A stretch of DNA of 64,000 bases from Phoronis australis (GCA_002633005.1 NMRA01000004.1:935793-999792), one strand, 5' to 3'. Numbered from the stretch's first letter, positions 24,101 to 37,800 are shown. Numbers and translations: made by a program. The notes: generated by a model not told the origin, from the letters alone.

Positions 24101-27100
24101 ACTGGGTAAGGTACTTCCAAAAGCTGACCTCGCCAATGGACAACCCAGAATTTGAGGACAGAATTAACACAATCTAGACAGGGGATTGATCGAATGGTTC
24201 CAAGTAGCCATGTTTGACAATTGCTGACTTAAGTAACAAGGCTGTGAACTCTTGGCTTAACCATCCAACACTAAAGATATCCGGAAATACCTTACACCCT
24301 TACGTCAACCTCAAAAAAGTGGTTTGTAAAGTAGTCACGTAACAAAATATCCAACAGGTCCCCAAGACGGACATTCCACCAGAGACAGTATACCAACAGG
24401 AAGTGAGAAAAACTTAGCAGTTGACACCAAATCTAGAGACCACCGACATATTACTGTTAGGTACATTGTTCAAAGTTGTCGAAAAACTTGTGAAAAAGTA
24501 GTATTATGCTGTGGTGTGATCTGGTCTTCAATTTTTTTTGCAAAACTTAAAAGGAAGACTCTCATCCATTGCATCACTGTTGCTGCGCTGATGACATAAC
24601 TGTTTTATGAATCTAGGACCCTAAGCACACCACTGCATTCCAGTAGGGCTCTTGGTCCAGGCCCCCATCACTGGCTACTAAAGAAAATCCAACTACCATT
24701 GTCGAACAGAAAGGTTTCATGTCCCGAAAAGCTTTCAAGTTGCGACAGGATGTGCATCATGGAGGTGGTCTATTGGCCCTTCATTACAAGCTATACGTCG
24801 ATCCTCTTTTTCTGCAGAATTTGGAGCTTTTAAACATCATTTAAGTATGCACAGGAGACACCCCTTTGCAAAACTTGTTTTCTGTGGTCATTGTGTGAGA
24901 TTGGATGTCCTTACACTCTTTACTGCGTGGCAGAAAACTCAGTACATAAGTGGCACTTTCTGAAGGTCATTAATAGTTACTTATTGATTGTCATTTGCAG
25001 GTGTGCTGAGGACAGGCGTTACTCAGTTTCATACTTGTCCTGCCAAGCTGAGTGCCGTCAATAAAGGCCAGCTTAGCAAACTGCGCAAGAAAACGGGGTA
25101 TCCATTTGTGAAGTGCAGGAATGCCCTGGAACAGTTCGACAATGATATTGAGAAGGTAAACTTAGCATAAGGTAATGTGGTCCTGATAGACTGTACAGAG
25201 TAGCCAGTACATGTTCTCTGATCAGATGAAACTCCTGATCGCGTCAATACTCAGAAATTCTGATCATCACATCTCACTATTTCACTAAAAGTATGGTAGT
25301 TCTCCACTTTTTCATTTTTTGAAGCCTGATTTGATTACTTTACTGCAAATTTTGGAAAATTTACCAAAAGTCGTTTTATGACTTCTACACTAAGTATAAA
25401 CCATGCTGGAATTAGACTAAGATTTTCTTAGCAATCTTTATTTTTGTGAAGAAATTCAACAATGACTTGTCCGTTATGTTATTGAAGAATTTTTACCATG
25501 ATGACATTCTTAATTAAAACTGCTAAACGAAGCGTCTTACATGAGAACTTTTGATTTAGACCACTTGCTGCTATACAACTGGTCCCAACTTGTTCCTTAC
25601 TAAGTTCAGATGTCATTTCTAAGTTTGCAAAAACATTATTTTGTTATTCCTTAAGACCATGCCCCGCATATAAAATGCCAATTTGTAAAACTTGGTCCTC
25701 AGCAATAAGAAACTATCAGTTCTTTTGTATACCTGAAATCTCCTCCAAGTTGACCCAAGGAACTATTTGAGGCCTCTTCCACAAGTCAGTGGTCTTTAAT
25801 AATCAATTGTTAATTTTTGTGAGAGAAGACAGGTTGATATGTTGTAGCTGCATATTGTACTATTATCAGAGTTCTCCATAACAGAAACTTAAATTCGACT
25901 GGAGTTACAAAATTCATGTATTTATGTTTGAAAATCAATGTCCATATTTTGAGCAGTTTGCGCGTTAAGTCTTGGAATAAATGCATTTATCTTGTACCAC
26001 AAGTCCAAAATGTAAATTTGCCTAAAAATAACTAATCTCCCATTACTTCAAACTCGTTACTGTACATAGGTTTTCAAACTCTACTCAAGTAAGCCAACTG
26101 GTCATGGCTCAATTCAAATGTGACGGCAGTGTTCTGCACAACCTGCTTTGACTCGTCACTGGATCGAGTTTGAATTTTGTTTGACTTACTTGCTTGGAGT
26201 GCAAAAGCCTAGTCAGCAACTTTGAAGTCTGGGAGATTAGTTATGTTTTGAGCAAATTATGACATTTCGCATTTTTTGTTGCAGCTCAATGCATTTATTC
26301 CAACATGTAATACACAAACTCCCCACAGTATGGACATGTACTTTTGAACAGTCATTTAAATGAGTTTTGTACTTCTAGCCGAGTTTTGAATTTTCTGTAG
26401 TGGAAAGATGACTGCCTTGCTGTGACAAGTCGATACAGGTTGTGGGGGTATACTAATTATGAATGATCATAATGATTTTGATTAATGATAGGCCGAGGCG
26501 TGGATGCATGAACAGGCCCAAAAGGAAGGGTGGGCTAAAGCTACAAAGCTTCAGGACCGCCCCATGTCACAAGGCCTGGTAGGCATACTACTGGAGAATA
26601 GCTGTGCCGTGATGGTTGAGGTGAGTCCTGGAGTGACAAACAAGCTGATAGCTTTGTCAAAGTAATGTTGAACATTTCAGAAGGAAATTACTGTACACCA
26701 AAATATAACGAGCGATTTCGCTCTAGAAATTTTTCGACATGAGAAGTTTGTCAATTGTTGACACGTTGACATAAAATAATGAAGAATTTTCGACTCTTCT
26801 GTTGTGTTAATAACTGAATCATTCACCAGTGGGAAGACATGCTGCAGTGGGAAGACATGCTGCTTTAACTGTGTGTCTGTTAGTGGTCATTTTTATGGTA
26901 CTCTTTCCCCAGGTCAACTGTGAGACAGACTTTGTGGCAAGGAACAGCAAGTTTCAAACTCTGGTCTCCAAGGTTGTGTCCACATGTCACCGTACTCTAC
27001 AGGAGTCCACCAAGCCCAAGGTAATCACCAAACTGGAACGACTAATACAGTTGAATGGTTACTAAACTTGGCCTATTCACACAATTTTCAAGCTGCGAGC

Positions 27101-30100
27101 TATTAAAAGTTTAACCCAAATTCTGTGAATAAAGCATAGTACTCTTCATTCAGATCACTTGCGGTCATGAGCTGATCTCAGCTTTTCCTTTACTGAGACG
27201 AGAAGTGGCGTCTAGGCCTTAAAGGAACAGGGATTTTTTTGCTAAGAATTCGATATAAAATTAGCCACCACGACCGGTCAATTTGTTAAGTCTGGCAATT
27301 ACGAACTGTCAGTTCCTTCTAAAGTCAATTCTAATTTGAGGATCTTCAGAGTAAATTTCGAGACCAATTTGGTAGCTGTATTACCCTGTTCACAAACTGG
27401 TTTAAATCCTAGCGTTTTCACTCTAGCACTTAGCAAAAATAAAATAATTGTAAACAGTCACTAGAATCACTTTTGCTTGCTGTTGAACTTACCCCAAATT
27501 TGCTGCTGTTTTTGCAAGCACTTGCTTAATTCAAGGGACACACGCGCAATGGATAGAGACTTTTGTTTTTCTTAATAAAAGCTATTGGGTAGGAATTTAA
27601 CTGCTTCCGAAAAGTGCCTTACGCTGACAAGCATGTCTGTTTGGCTAGCACTTTCGGCACTGAAAAGTTGTTAGCATTTTCACCACTCATGTGAGCCTAT
27701 TGTGAGTGGTTACTGTTATCAAAGAGCTAGTGATAAATCTGAGGGGGTTTGCTGCTTTAAGAAATTTGGCAAAAATAAAGTGTCACTTTTCATCCACATT
27801 CTATGCTAAGAAGTGAAGAACTGTCTGGTGGTTAGATTTTNTAGTGCATATTTTATGCCTTTCTACTTTGAGTTAAAGTTATCAGGAGCATTTCAATTAA
27901 GACGAGTGGGAACAAAAAATCTGATTAAATCAGATTATGTCCAATTGAAATCATAGCAACACAACTACGTGCTAGGATTTTATGCTCAACATTTCGCCAT
28001 TCAGGCTAACAAAGCTGCTCATTCATTGAACCAGCAGCAGAGCTCTGTTGCCTTGAATCTGTGGTAGTATACTTGTTCTCGGTTCATCTAGTTTAGTGTT
28101 TGACTCTGTTGAGTGTACATCAGTTTATTGTCTTGATAATGCTTTAGCAATTGAAGTTAAATGTTGAGCATGAAAATTTACGCACTTGTTGCGCTGATTT
28201 TTAAATTTCAGTTATTATAAAAAAATCTGCTTTTTATTTAGTGAACATTCAACTGTATGCTGCATATAGGGTAAGCTTCCTGTGGTTACCTGTTTCCTGG
28301 GTATTCATGAGATGTTGCCAGTTGATAAATTTGTCAAACCTTTCGTAACCGTTTCCTGTTTTTTCCAGGTCAGTATGGACTCTGAGGGAATCAAGTCATT
28401 GCCAGATGACAACAATAAGCCTCTTGCTGATGTGTTAGCACTGGAAGTTGGCAATATCGGGGAAAACATGATAGCGCGTCGTGCTGTGGGTTACCGTATA
28501 CCCCCAGGCTGCCACATAGGTCACTATGTGCATGTTGCAGGTAAGGTTGATTATGAAGCATTGTTGTGACTGCACGCACTGAAGGTAATAGGGAAAACTG
28601 ACATGGACATCTTGTTGTGACAGCCAGCAAATTTTTAATTCACCTTCATTACAGCTCAGCCCAAACAATTTACATTCACACTATCAGAAAGGCAACTTTT
28701 ATGGGGCCATTTCCTGTGGTGATGCGAAATCAAAATTTTGTCTTTTTTTTAGTGGGTACTGTATAAAGAAAAGAGCCAAGTGCTTGACATGAATACAGTG
28801 AATACTGAGTATTACTCTATGAAATTATTGATTGATAATTTGAAAATTTTAGAAAAGAAAGTCTGTGACATTAAATGCAACAAGATCATAGCAGTATATG
28901 TCACCTGAAAGCAGAACAAATACGTCAAAGAGCAAGATACTGACAGAACATTGTAAGTTAAACATAGGTGTGTCTGTAAGACTTGACTGAAGGACTTCAG
29001 CCTTTACGAAACTCTGGGAAATTTTCTACTGAACATGCCAAAAATTATGGACCGTGATGTGAAATTTCCCGTCACAACTACTACGCGCAAGTTTAATTTG
29101 CAGCGCCGTTTTTGTTTTGAATGTTTGCCGTGATAAGGAAACGTCTTGTCATCTGATTAATATTTTTTTATGGTTACTCATCTTTTCTGTACAGCTCTAT
29201 CAATACTGGACTGCTTGTTTAACCATCAGATACTTGGTCAATGGTGCTGGCATTGCTAGTACTGTGTCTGGTAGTTTCTCTGTTGGAACAGATCTCACTC
29301 CGTTGAGATGAATCTGAACATGCTCATGTGAACGCATAATATTCAACCTATGTTAGAATTGATTTTGAGGCTTCAAGATCAGTGTCACCATTGGTATTAG
29401 TTTTTCAAAAAAAAAAAATTAATAACAGCAACCCCACTGATCTTGGAGGTATATTTCAGCTTTAATTGCTGTTTCCATGATCCACATATTGATAACCCTC
29501 AAGGGTTGTGTGACCAGCTAGAAAAATGTCCAAATTTGTCTGAGTTCAGAACATCATGCCTCAGATATGACTTAACCGATTTGTATGAAGGGACTATAAA
29601 AACTAAACAGTTACATAAAACAAAAACGAAATGGTTAAAGTGTTTCAAGATATGATCTGGAACATTTAATATCAAACCAAATTTGACCTGGCATGTTCTT
29701 GATACAGGTATTTTGTTGTGAATTTACATTTCTTGTTTGCTTATAATTTGCCTTCCATTAAATTTAACTTTTGAGTTAGACCACCAACCAGACAAGTATA
29801 AAGTGATCTGACTGAGAGCAGACTCAATCAGTTGGCTTGTTGTAGCAGGTCATTAATATGTTCTGAACATGGTGTTGAACAGTGGCAACAAATATCTGTT
29901 CTGTGTGAACTCTAAGTAAGGAGCACATTGAGTCTCTTTTGTTATCACTGGGAAGTGGTTGAAATCAGAAACTTGTTTTTTGACAGAAGGTGTCGCTTTA
30001 AAGTGCTTTAAATCAACATTTACCTTGTTTGGATGAGTGACTACACTGTCAGTATCATGAAACCTTCGTCTATTCAGGGCTTGGAGTTTTCCTCTTTTAA

Positions 30101-31623
30101 GAGATTTACTCTTTTTCTGTTTCAGTTTCCTGTTATTTGATTTCCAGTTCCTCTTTTTTCATCTCTTTTTATCATTATTTTGACTTTATTCATGCAAAAA
30201 TATTTATTTAAGTTAAATTTAACAACACAAAAAACATTTCCATCACAGGAGCCTATTTGTGGAATGATACGTCACCTGGAAAATTTCCCACACTCCTCAT
30301 TCCAACCCCTGCTCTATAGCACTGCATATCACAATCATGAACTTAATATCCCAAAAACAAGAAAATAGAAGAAAAATGACTTCAGTTGAAAGTTTCTTAT
30401 GTCCACAGTATGACTGATGTATGAACAAACCCAACGTCAGTGTGTTATGTCCACCAACAAGCTAGTTTCTTGTACAAACTTGACGTGCTATATTCTCACT
30501 TTTCTGAAGTCTTGCAAGAAAGTGAATAGCGCCACAAGGTTGTCAAATACTAAAGTTGTCACAATCACCAAAAGCGCAATGACCCACCGTCCCTTAGTAT
30601 ATCATAAACTATGGTAAAACGTGCCACTGTCGGACGACTTCACACTAAACATAGTGTAGGATGATTAGCGCTATGATTGGTTGTCGTGATTTTAGGTAGT
30701 GCGTAGCAACCAATGGACACTTGTAACTCGAGATCAGCTAAATAAAATTTCCTCAAATAGTGTTTGTGGGTGTTCCAGTTTGACAGTTTTGATTAACTTG
30801 TGTGTTTGTTTCTCGGTGTTTTGATATGAAATTGATGATTTTAAGCTCGGTAAGTGATGTGGTCAGCCCAACTGCCCATCTGTAAGTGATGTGGTCAGCC
30901 CAACTGCCCATCTGTAAGTGATGTGGTCAGCCCAACTGCCCATCTGTAAGTGATGTGGTCAGCCCAACTGCCCATCTGTAAGTGATGTGGTCAGCCCAAC
31001 TGCCCATCTGTAAGTGATGTGGTCAGCCCAGCTGCCCATCTGTAAGTGATGTGGTCAGCTCAACTGCCCGTCTGTAAGTAATGTGGTCAGCCCAACTGCC
31101 CAAAGTAGTGTTCAATGGCCGTTGTGTAAAACAATGTGGGTATTGTTTGACAACAACGTGTCTTGTAAATTTAATATTTATTGTAGTCTGTTGATACTAT
31201 ATCGTGGTCCTGTGATTTACATTTTGTTGTATTCCATTGATACTTCATCCAGGTCCTGAGATTCCAAAAATCGGCAAGTGTCACATGGGCAAGTACGCGT
31301 CTCTGGTTCTATTTGAGCACCCACAGGGAGCAGACCTGCAACTTCTTAATGAGTTTGGCCGACAGCTGGCACAACATGTAGTAGGGATGAACCCATCTCG
31401 GGTTGGATCCAACAATGATGAACCGTCAACTAGCAAGGATGATGAACAACTTATGGTACACCAGGAGTTCTTGTTGGACCCCTCACAGACTGTTGGAGAA
31501 ATTCTCGATCAGAATTCGGTGACAGTGCTGGACTTTGCACGCTTCGAATGTGGCGAGGAGCTGACGAGTAAAAACGAACCACCCAAGATGAACTCTATGT
31601 TGGATCAAGCCACAGCATTTTAA
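15139..31623 (+). CDS. TSFM: Mitochondrial translation elongation factor Ts, 6 exons, 321 aa
   Basis: Exons 15139-15169, 25001-25155, 26492-26620, 26913-27020, 28369-28540, 31253-31623 sum to 966 nt. EF-Ts motifs: LRKKTGYPFVKC, EVNCETDFVARN, IGENM, QHVVGMNP, QEFLLD, FARFECGE. Confidence 0.93.
15572..16264. mobile_element. Outer MITE hosting a nested insertion
   Basis: ACAAAGTGTCCGCAGACGTGTATCAAAAA at left versus inverted TTTTTGGTACACTCCTGTGGACACCTTGT at right. Confidence 0.6.
15721..16128. mobile_element. 408-bp MITE with ~32-bp TIRs and an 8-bp TSD (hAT- or P-type)
   Basis: CACGGGCGTCCTCAGCTTCTGATCGTCCC / GGGACGATCAGAAGCTGAGTACGCCTGTG; TSD CACTGCAC at 15713-15720 and 16129-16136. Confidence 0.85.
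16265..16747. mobile_element. Fold-back (long imperfect palindrome) element
   Basis: Mirrored blocks TTCCAACTTGGACAAATACTCC / GGAGTATTTGTTCGAGTTGGAA and GCTATAAGTACCTTTTG / CAAAAAGTACTAATAGC; a related block occurs at ~49157-49180. Confidence 0.6.
17967..20076 (+). repeat. 2.1-kb duplication of 22945-25070, including a partial TSFM exon 2 (20007-20076)
   Basis: Colinear near-identical copies with scattered SNPs and indels; ends at the single N at 20077. Confidence 0.95.
18150..19270 (+). mobile_element. Decayed non-LTR retrotransposon (LINE ORF2 endonuclease-RT linker) fragment, also present at ~23130-24270
   Basis: Stop- and frameshift-ridden translation IAQRKIALLR*RHAGRRQDVNYDFLLHGKMATQNLRRPH and DWVRYFQKLTSPMDNPEFED resembles LINE linker motifs (W..AGRP, W..YF..L..P...P.F). 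Confidence 0.5.
20078..22944. mobile_element. ~2.8-kb non-coding TIR element with internal GCGTAATATTACGC repeats
   Basis: ~100-bp inverted arms at 20078-20181 and 22754-22857, internal ~400-bp direct repeats, perfect 24-bp palindrome at 22877-22900. Confidence 0.75.
22945..25070 (+). repeat. Second copy of the 2.1-kb duplicated segment
   Basis: Matches 17967-20076. Confidence 0.95.
25001..25155 (+). CDS. TSFM: TSFM exon 2
   Basis: VLRTGVTQFHTCPAKLSAVNKGQLSKLRKKTGYPFVKCRNALEQFDNDIEK. Confidence 0.92.
25870..26406. mobile_element. Fold-back MITE in TSFM intron 2
   Basis: Mirrored blocks TTGGAATAAATGCATT / AATGCATTTATTCCAA, TAACTAATCTCCC / GGGAGATTAGTTA, ATGTCCATA / TATGGACAT. Confidence 0.7.
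26492..26620 (+). CDS. TSFM: TSFM exon 3
   Basis: AEAWMHEQAQKEGWAKATKLQDRPMSQGLVGILLENSCAVMVE, GTGAGT donor. Confidence 0.93.
26913..27020 (+). CDS. TSFM: TSFM exon 4
   Basis: VNCETDFVARNSKFQTLVSKVVSTCHRTLQESTKPK. Confidence 0.93.
28369..28540 (+). CDS. TSFM: TSFM exon 5
   Basis: VSMDSEGIKSLPDDNNKPLADVLALEVGNIGENMIARRAVGYRIPPGCHIGHYVHVA(G). Confidence 0.92.
30850..31102. repeat. 32-bp minisatellite, about 8 copies
   Basis: Unit GTAAGTGATGTGGTCAGCCCAACTGCCCATCT. Confidence 0.96.
31253..31623 (+). CDS. TSFM: TSFM exon 6 (terminal)
   Basis: PEIPKIGKCHMGKYASLV...QLAQHVVGMNP...QEFLLDP...FARFECGEE...ATAF*. Confidence 0.93.
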
Positions 31624-32111
31624 CAAGGTGTTGAAACACCAAACACCACTTTTCAGCATGCTTTATTTGGTGATTACAACTGTACACTGAGCAGGCCACT
31701 TCTTTGTGTGAAATGTGTCAACTTGTGTCATACTCGACTCTGTTTGCTAGTACATTGGCTGTCTTCCACAAAGTGAATTTATCCAGCACTAGTCTTACTG
31801 ACCCATCAGCTGGTTTCCAAAACTTTGATCTTGCTCTGATAAGTCGACGGCATAATTTACCATTTTTTCAACAGATGGAATGTTGGTCTGGAATACAGCA
31901 GTTGTAAAGAATGGATGTATCTTTTCATCAAATGATGAGGTTTCAGTTTAACTTTGAAGTAATTTGAACCACTTTTGAGTTGGTATAAAGTCATGTTCAG
32001 GGGATTGGCACAAGGTTAAACACCCTTAAATTATGATTTAACGAATCACATACGTGATAGACAAACATCGTCTGACCAATGGATCCGTGCCAAGAGACAG
32101 ACAACTTAGAT

Positions 32112-32142
32112 TATGCATGTGCGTGCATGCATGCATGCATGC

Positions 32143-32171
<29 letters not shown>
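32112..32171. repeat. (GCAT)n(GT)n microsatellite
   Basis: Read directly from the sequence. Confidence 0.93.
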
Positions 32172-32173
<2 letters not shown>

Positions 32174-34795
32174 CCAATAACTACAGTCTGGCTATATTGA
32201 ATATTTGAATTACCTGAAGACCCTGCATTACCCAAAGAGTGTAATATATTCATCAACATGACGCATGTATGTTTTCTTCAATTTAGTCTGTGTCTGTTGT
32301 CGGCAGCTTGTCCTATGTTAGCTTGCTGTGGTGACGATAAAATCTAGTTGGTACAATACGCTTTTCGTCCAATAAGTTTTATGAACTTGTACACTTTAAG
32401 GCACAGAGTCTGTCTCTGTTAAGCCAAGTACAGTTACTTTACTTATTTAAAACACAAGACAGTACAGCTACCCTGATGGTCAAGTCTCAGTTGTCATGAA
32501 GGAGAAATATGCCAGTTTGAACTCGGTGATGACAAGGTAAATGTTGGGTTATTTTTGGTGTGTTCTATAATTGTGTAAAATCAATTTGACTGTGTACTAC
32601 GTAATATTTACAGAAATAAAATGACAACATTTTTCACAAGTTAGAACATTTATAGTTTGATGTTACATCGATACATTGTAAGTTTTGCTGAACTCTAGTC
32701 ATAAAACAGTGACAGCACAGTGCAACCAATAGTTGCTGACCTGTCCTTGGAGTTATTGCATGTTGTAAGATTCTTACCAGTTGGACTTAGGTTGTGAAAT
32801 GACAAAATGTGGTTTGCTGTGGATCCATTTATTGTTTTTTTAGGTTCAGCGAGACATCTGACTGCACTATGCTTATGTCTAAATATGAATATTCTTTTGA
32901 CCATTTTTGTCATTTTATTTCCATTTCTGTATTGTGTTGCTGTTGTAGAGCAAACAGTACGTAACTGTCACACACTTGTATCAAGATATGAATTGCGAAG
33001 AACGGAAATTAAGGGTTTACCCACATCACTATTAGTTTATTGGTACATCTCAATATTGGTACATCTCAAGGATGACACAGGCTAAAAATATCTATTTTTA
33101 CTATATGTGGCTTATTGTGACCACTTAAACAAAATAAGTAGAAACCACGGGGTCTTTCGACAACAAACAGGAGAGTGGAAAACCAAATTCATAAGACTAG
33201 CAAATTTTTTTTTTTTTTAATTCATTTCAACAGAACCTTCATGTGCACTACACTGAAAATTTCGTTCATGGAATAATACATGAATGTTTGGTTGTTTTCA
33301 AAATAAACATGACTACATGAAAACTCAACAAAGCTTTGGCGCAAAAAAAAACATGGGATTGACTAAATGCACATTCCTCTTCAACTAGAATCTGTTTCAT
33401 TGTAGGTAAATCTCGACAGGTGCTGCTACACCTATGTTGTTGAAATCCTGACAACTTCCTGCCTAAGTCTGTTACATACATAAACAATTAGGGATTTGGT
33501 ACAACTCCAAAAGTTTGACAAAAACGCAGTTTATTGTGACTCATGAAAGTTTGACCAAATTGCCAAGTAATTCCGGCAAGATGTTTATAAAAGTTTGGTA
33601 GAGTTTGGCTTTGTTCTGTCAAGTTTATTTGAAAACTACTTCACAGTTGTTTTCCTATGAAATGACAAACCCATTGTTAAAGTCTTGAAGAACCAACCAC
33701 CTACAAACGAGTAAAATAATAGAATTGTAAAGTATAAAACAAAAAATTTCAACAGAAATTGCACTAAATATTACAACACCCAGTTTAGCCTCTGTACAAG
33801 AATGATTCGCCCGTATCCAAACAGCCCACATCAAATGTTGCAATATGCATTTTAGAAATAATTGAAGATCTGCCTTCCATGAATGTCCCTGAAACAGACT
33901 TACAAATGTCTTGAAACCTGAAGGGCATCAAATCCATGTTAATTCATGTTCTATACATAGAAAGATTCGCACAAGTAGATTATTTATTAAAGTGCCACCT
34001 AAAGTGACAAAGACTCCTAGTAAGTTATAGTTGGCAAAAGCGTCACTTTTATGCAGGAATTTAACAGAAGTGTACTTTAAATGCATTGAATATATTTCAA
34101 AGGCAAATAATGTCCACTTGATTCCACCAACTGTCACAAATGTCATTTTGAAATCACAAGCACAATGTTAAAATTTTAAAAATGTGCTTGGACCAGACCC
34201 AACAAGTCACATTACCAAACTTTTTGTACACTGCACCAAAGAAATTCATTGTCATAATATACAATTCAAACATCCCACGAAACGTGCGTGTACAGAGATT
34301 ACCTCAAGAGCCAATTTAACCAAAAATCACAGAGCTGAGATTAATGTGCAAGACCTATTCAAACCTTGAAAATGTGATTTTGAAGATACTTAGGCTTAAC
34401 TGGAACCAAGTTTTCTAATGCACTTCTTTCAGATCATATTCATGTTTCTTCACTTAATTCAAGTTTTACCTTACTCATATCAATCTCAATCAAGTTGGAA
34501 CCGACTTTCTCTAAAGCAAGTTACATTGCATCAACACCAACTAAACAACTTTCTTAGTTTGTAGTATATGCCAACACTGTTCTCTTCTATTTATACCCAA
34601 AAGAAACGAAAATCCTGAAATTCTGTGTTGAACCAAGAGGTCTTAAAAGTTTTCCTTCACATGATAGCAATCAGTTTACACATCAAAAGGAACCGAGATT
34701 TCACCTGTGGTTTACATAAAGCCACCCAATTTTGGAAGGGTTTAACAACTTTGTCAAACTGATGACGTTTTGAACTTCAGCTTTATTTACCTGTA

Positions 34796-34860
34796 TGATG
34801 GCAGACATGGCACGGAGTGTTCCCAGTGATGGCAGACATGGCACGGAGTGTCCCCAGTGA
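34796..34860. repeat. 31-bp tandem duplication
   Basis: TGATGGCAGACATGGCACGGAGTGT(T/C)CCCAG twice. Confidence 0.85.
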
Positions 34861-37800
34861 GATCCTGGGTACAGTAAAAGTCCACCAATTTCGGACAAAA
34901 ATAATAGCCAAAATTGTACTTTTTATAATTTCAAGAGCTAACGATGGGAACACCGGCAAGTTTTCAAAAAAATTTCCTGTTGTTAGCAATGGCAGAGAAC
35001 TTGACATCAACTTATAAAATAAAATTCAATGTGTCTGCCATTCCGTGTCCTAAATTTGTGAAATTTTACCAACTTGGTTAACCTCCGTAGTGTAATTAGC
35101 ATTTTAGTTAGTGAGTGCAAAGGAACTGTCTCTTATTCAAAATTGACATAGTCAGGCAACAGTGAGATGTAACCTTTACCCAGTCCTTGTATTACAAAAG
35201 GCTGGCAGCATAATATGTTCCCCAAAATAAAATTAAAGCAATTGTCCAAGACATTACAAAAATATATCAAGCAATATACACCATAAAATTTTCAACTTAA
35301 AAGAATGTGTGAAGTATGACCGTCTACATGTATGTGACAAGGGACTAAATGATGTCCTTCTTTCACGGTTGAAATCCTCAGCGTGCAGAGAACAGGTTGT
35401 TTTTTGCTTGGCTAATGGTCTGAAAGGATTAAAAACAGTAGTTACACATAATTAGTGTGACAAAACAGATATTTTCTGTGAAGCCAAGAATTACTACTCA
35501 GTTCTGGGCTGTTTTTCTTTAACTGAGTCAATGGTGTGGTATTTTAAGTTGTTGCTCATTTTTTCAAAAGGAGGAAACCTAGCCACGGTACAGTACGGCA
35601 ACCTATTAATTACGGGTCAGTGTCATCGCAAAATTTGTACTGGGTTGAGAATCACGGGATGTAATTTGTCAAGTTTCAAGTTGGAGACCCTGTACGCAGT
35701 TTGTGACTTCCAGCTGTCAAGTCTAATAAACCAGGAAACGTTGACCTTGTCCAACCAAGTATGTTGGACTCGTTCGTCAAAGGAGCAGTTGTAGTGTCTG
35801 TGATTGAGAGTGGGGTTTTGGAGACTTTCAGTTTATTCATTTGGGTTCAAAAACGTAGATGGGCTATGATATAATAGGCATCACAGGTCTTGTGACACTT
35901 AGAAGTTGTGAGAAAGTCTGCCTACAAGGCTGTTGGTCATCAATTTAAAAGATTTCTGGAAAGGATTTCCACAGCTCGTACAGTATGTATGACAAAACCA
36001 GTATCTGTCTACCTCAGCCACTAGCCTCAGCAACAAAATGGATTTATAAACTGAAAGTCTCCAGTCCTGCGTAGTTAGAATATTAAATAAAAAATCTTGA
36101 GCATTGTTATAAAAGTCATTTGTTTGCCATTTTCATAATAATTTGATACATCTAGTTAACTTTCAAAGATTTTTAAAGCAGTATTAAATCAATGCTTTCT
36201 GTCAACAATAAGATTTTGGCCACTTATAAAATTGGCCTTGTCTTGTTCCTTACTCAGTTTAAAAGTGATCTCTTGACTTGGAAACAACTGACAGCTAATT
36301 ACTTCTTCAGACAAAGCTCATAACATTTCCCATCCTAAAGCAATCACAAACCATCACAGTTCAACGCCAGCACAGAAATCTGTTTTGACAAAGGAACAAT
36401 TTCATATTTCCTGTCAGTGGTCTAAATCAAAATAGTGTTGTTTTTGACAAAAAGCTTGGGTTTAATGCCACTTTAAAGGCTGTCCCACATCTTTTAAACC
36501 AATGAATATGCACTTAACATTCTGGAGTGAACAAAGTATTAAAACTTTTTGAAAAAAGAAATTTAAGTGAAGACACAAATTTTATAGACAAGTAAGGTTA
36601 TTAATTTTGCAAACAAACACTTTACAATTTATATTTATCCAGTAAATGAGTGGCAGCCTTTGATGCATTCAAACAACTGAACACTAAATTTAAATCAAAC
36701 CAGCCTAGTACGTGTTGAGTGCAATAGATTGTGCAGTTTCACACTTTAACTAAAACACATTAAATACTAGTTGTTAGCAAAAAACAAGTAGCACAAGACA
36801 GTAAAGTTAGTGTAATGTGTGTATCAGATGATAAAAGTTAGGCAGGACTCCTGAAAAATGCCCATCCACATTTCGTTAAATTCAAAGCATAATAGCTCTG
36901 ACAGGAATGGCTGATTGGATTCCGATAAAATTTTCAGATATACATCAGGCACTGTTCTCCAAAATGCTGTTAGGAATTGCTATCAATTCACTTTCGGTTA
37001 ATTTTAACTAAAAAGACATGATCTCATGACCCACTCAATAGCAGATTTAGAAAGTTGAAAACCAAATTCTACAGGCGTTCTACTTTTGGAAAATCTACAG
37101 TTTTTAGATATTTGGCAAAATACATAGACTGGTCAATAAAACCCTAAATGATCAGAAGTGAATTCAAAATCTTGTAACACGCTACCCACACTGACATGTT
37201 TTTAGGAGTCATGGTTACTTAATCATGCAGTGGCTATCATATATCAGCATGTCAAGGAATATTTAATGTTTTGTGTGGTCTCCAGTGAAGGGTGTGTGCC
37301 TTAGGGTTATGTTTGTTTTTACTGCACTCTACAAAGTTTTCAAGTTAGTAATCACGTCAATTGTCTCTCTCTTCCAATTGTCATAATCACTCACTTTTAT
37401 CAATGAAACTAATACCGTAAAAATTCTCCAGTTTGGGACAGTGAAAAATAAAATATTTTGTTTGGACCAAATTTTAGAAATAGGAAATATTGAAAATCCC
37501 TAATTCAAGACTCATGAGAAGACGAATTTTACATTCATTGGAAGCTATAACTGACGATTTCATCTCCAACTTTGTTGATACAAAACGCAGTTTTCGATAT
37601 TTGAGAAACACAATTAACAGTCACCAAAATTGACCATGTCCCAATTTTAGGAATAAAGAAAATTCAATTTTACGTTGATTTTCAGTGTCCAAATTTTAGA
37701 AATTGGAAATCTTGCCTTATATAGAGCATGGTGAAATGGATATAAGCCAAACAAATGGAAGGAAAATTTGTGTTCAGTGTGTTAGTACTAACCAAATCAA

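Noticed and set aside
25497-25565. Intronic C/D snoRNA (ATGATGA C box)
   Set aside because: No downstream CTGA D box or terminal stem at a suitable distance.
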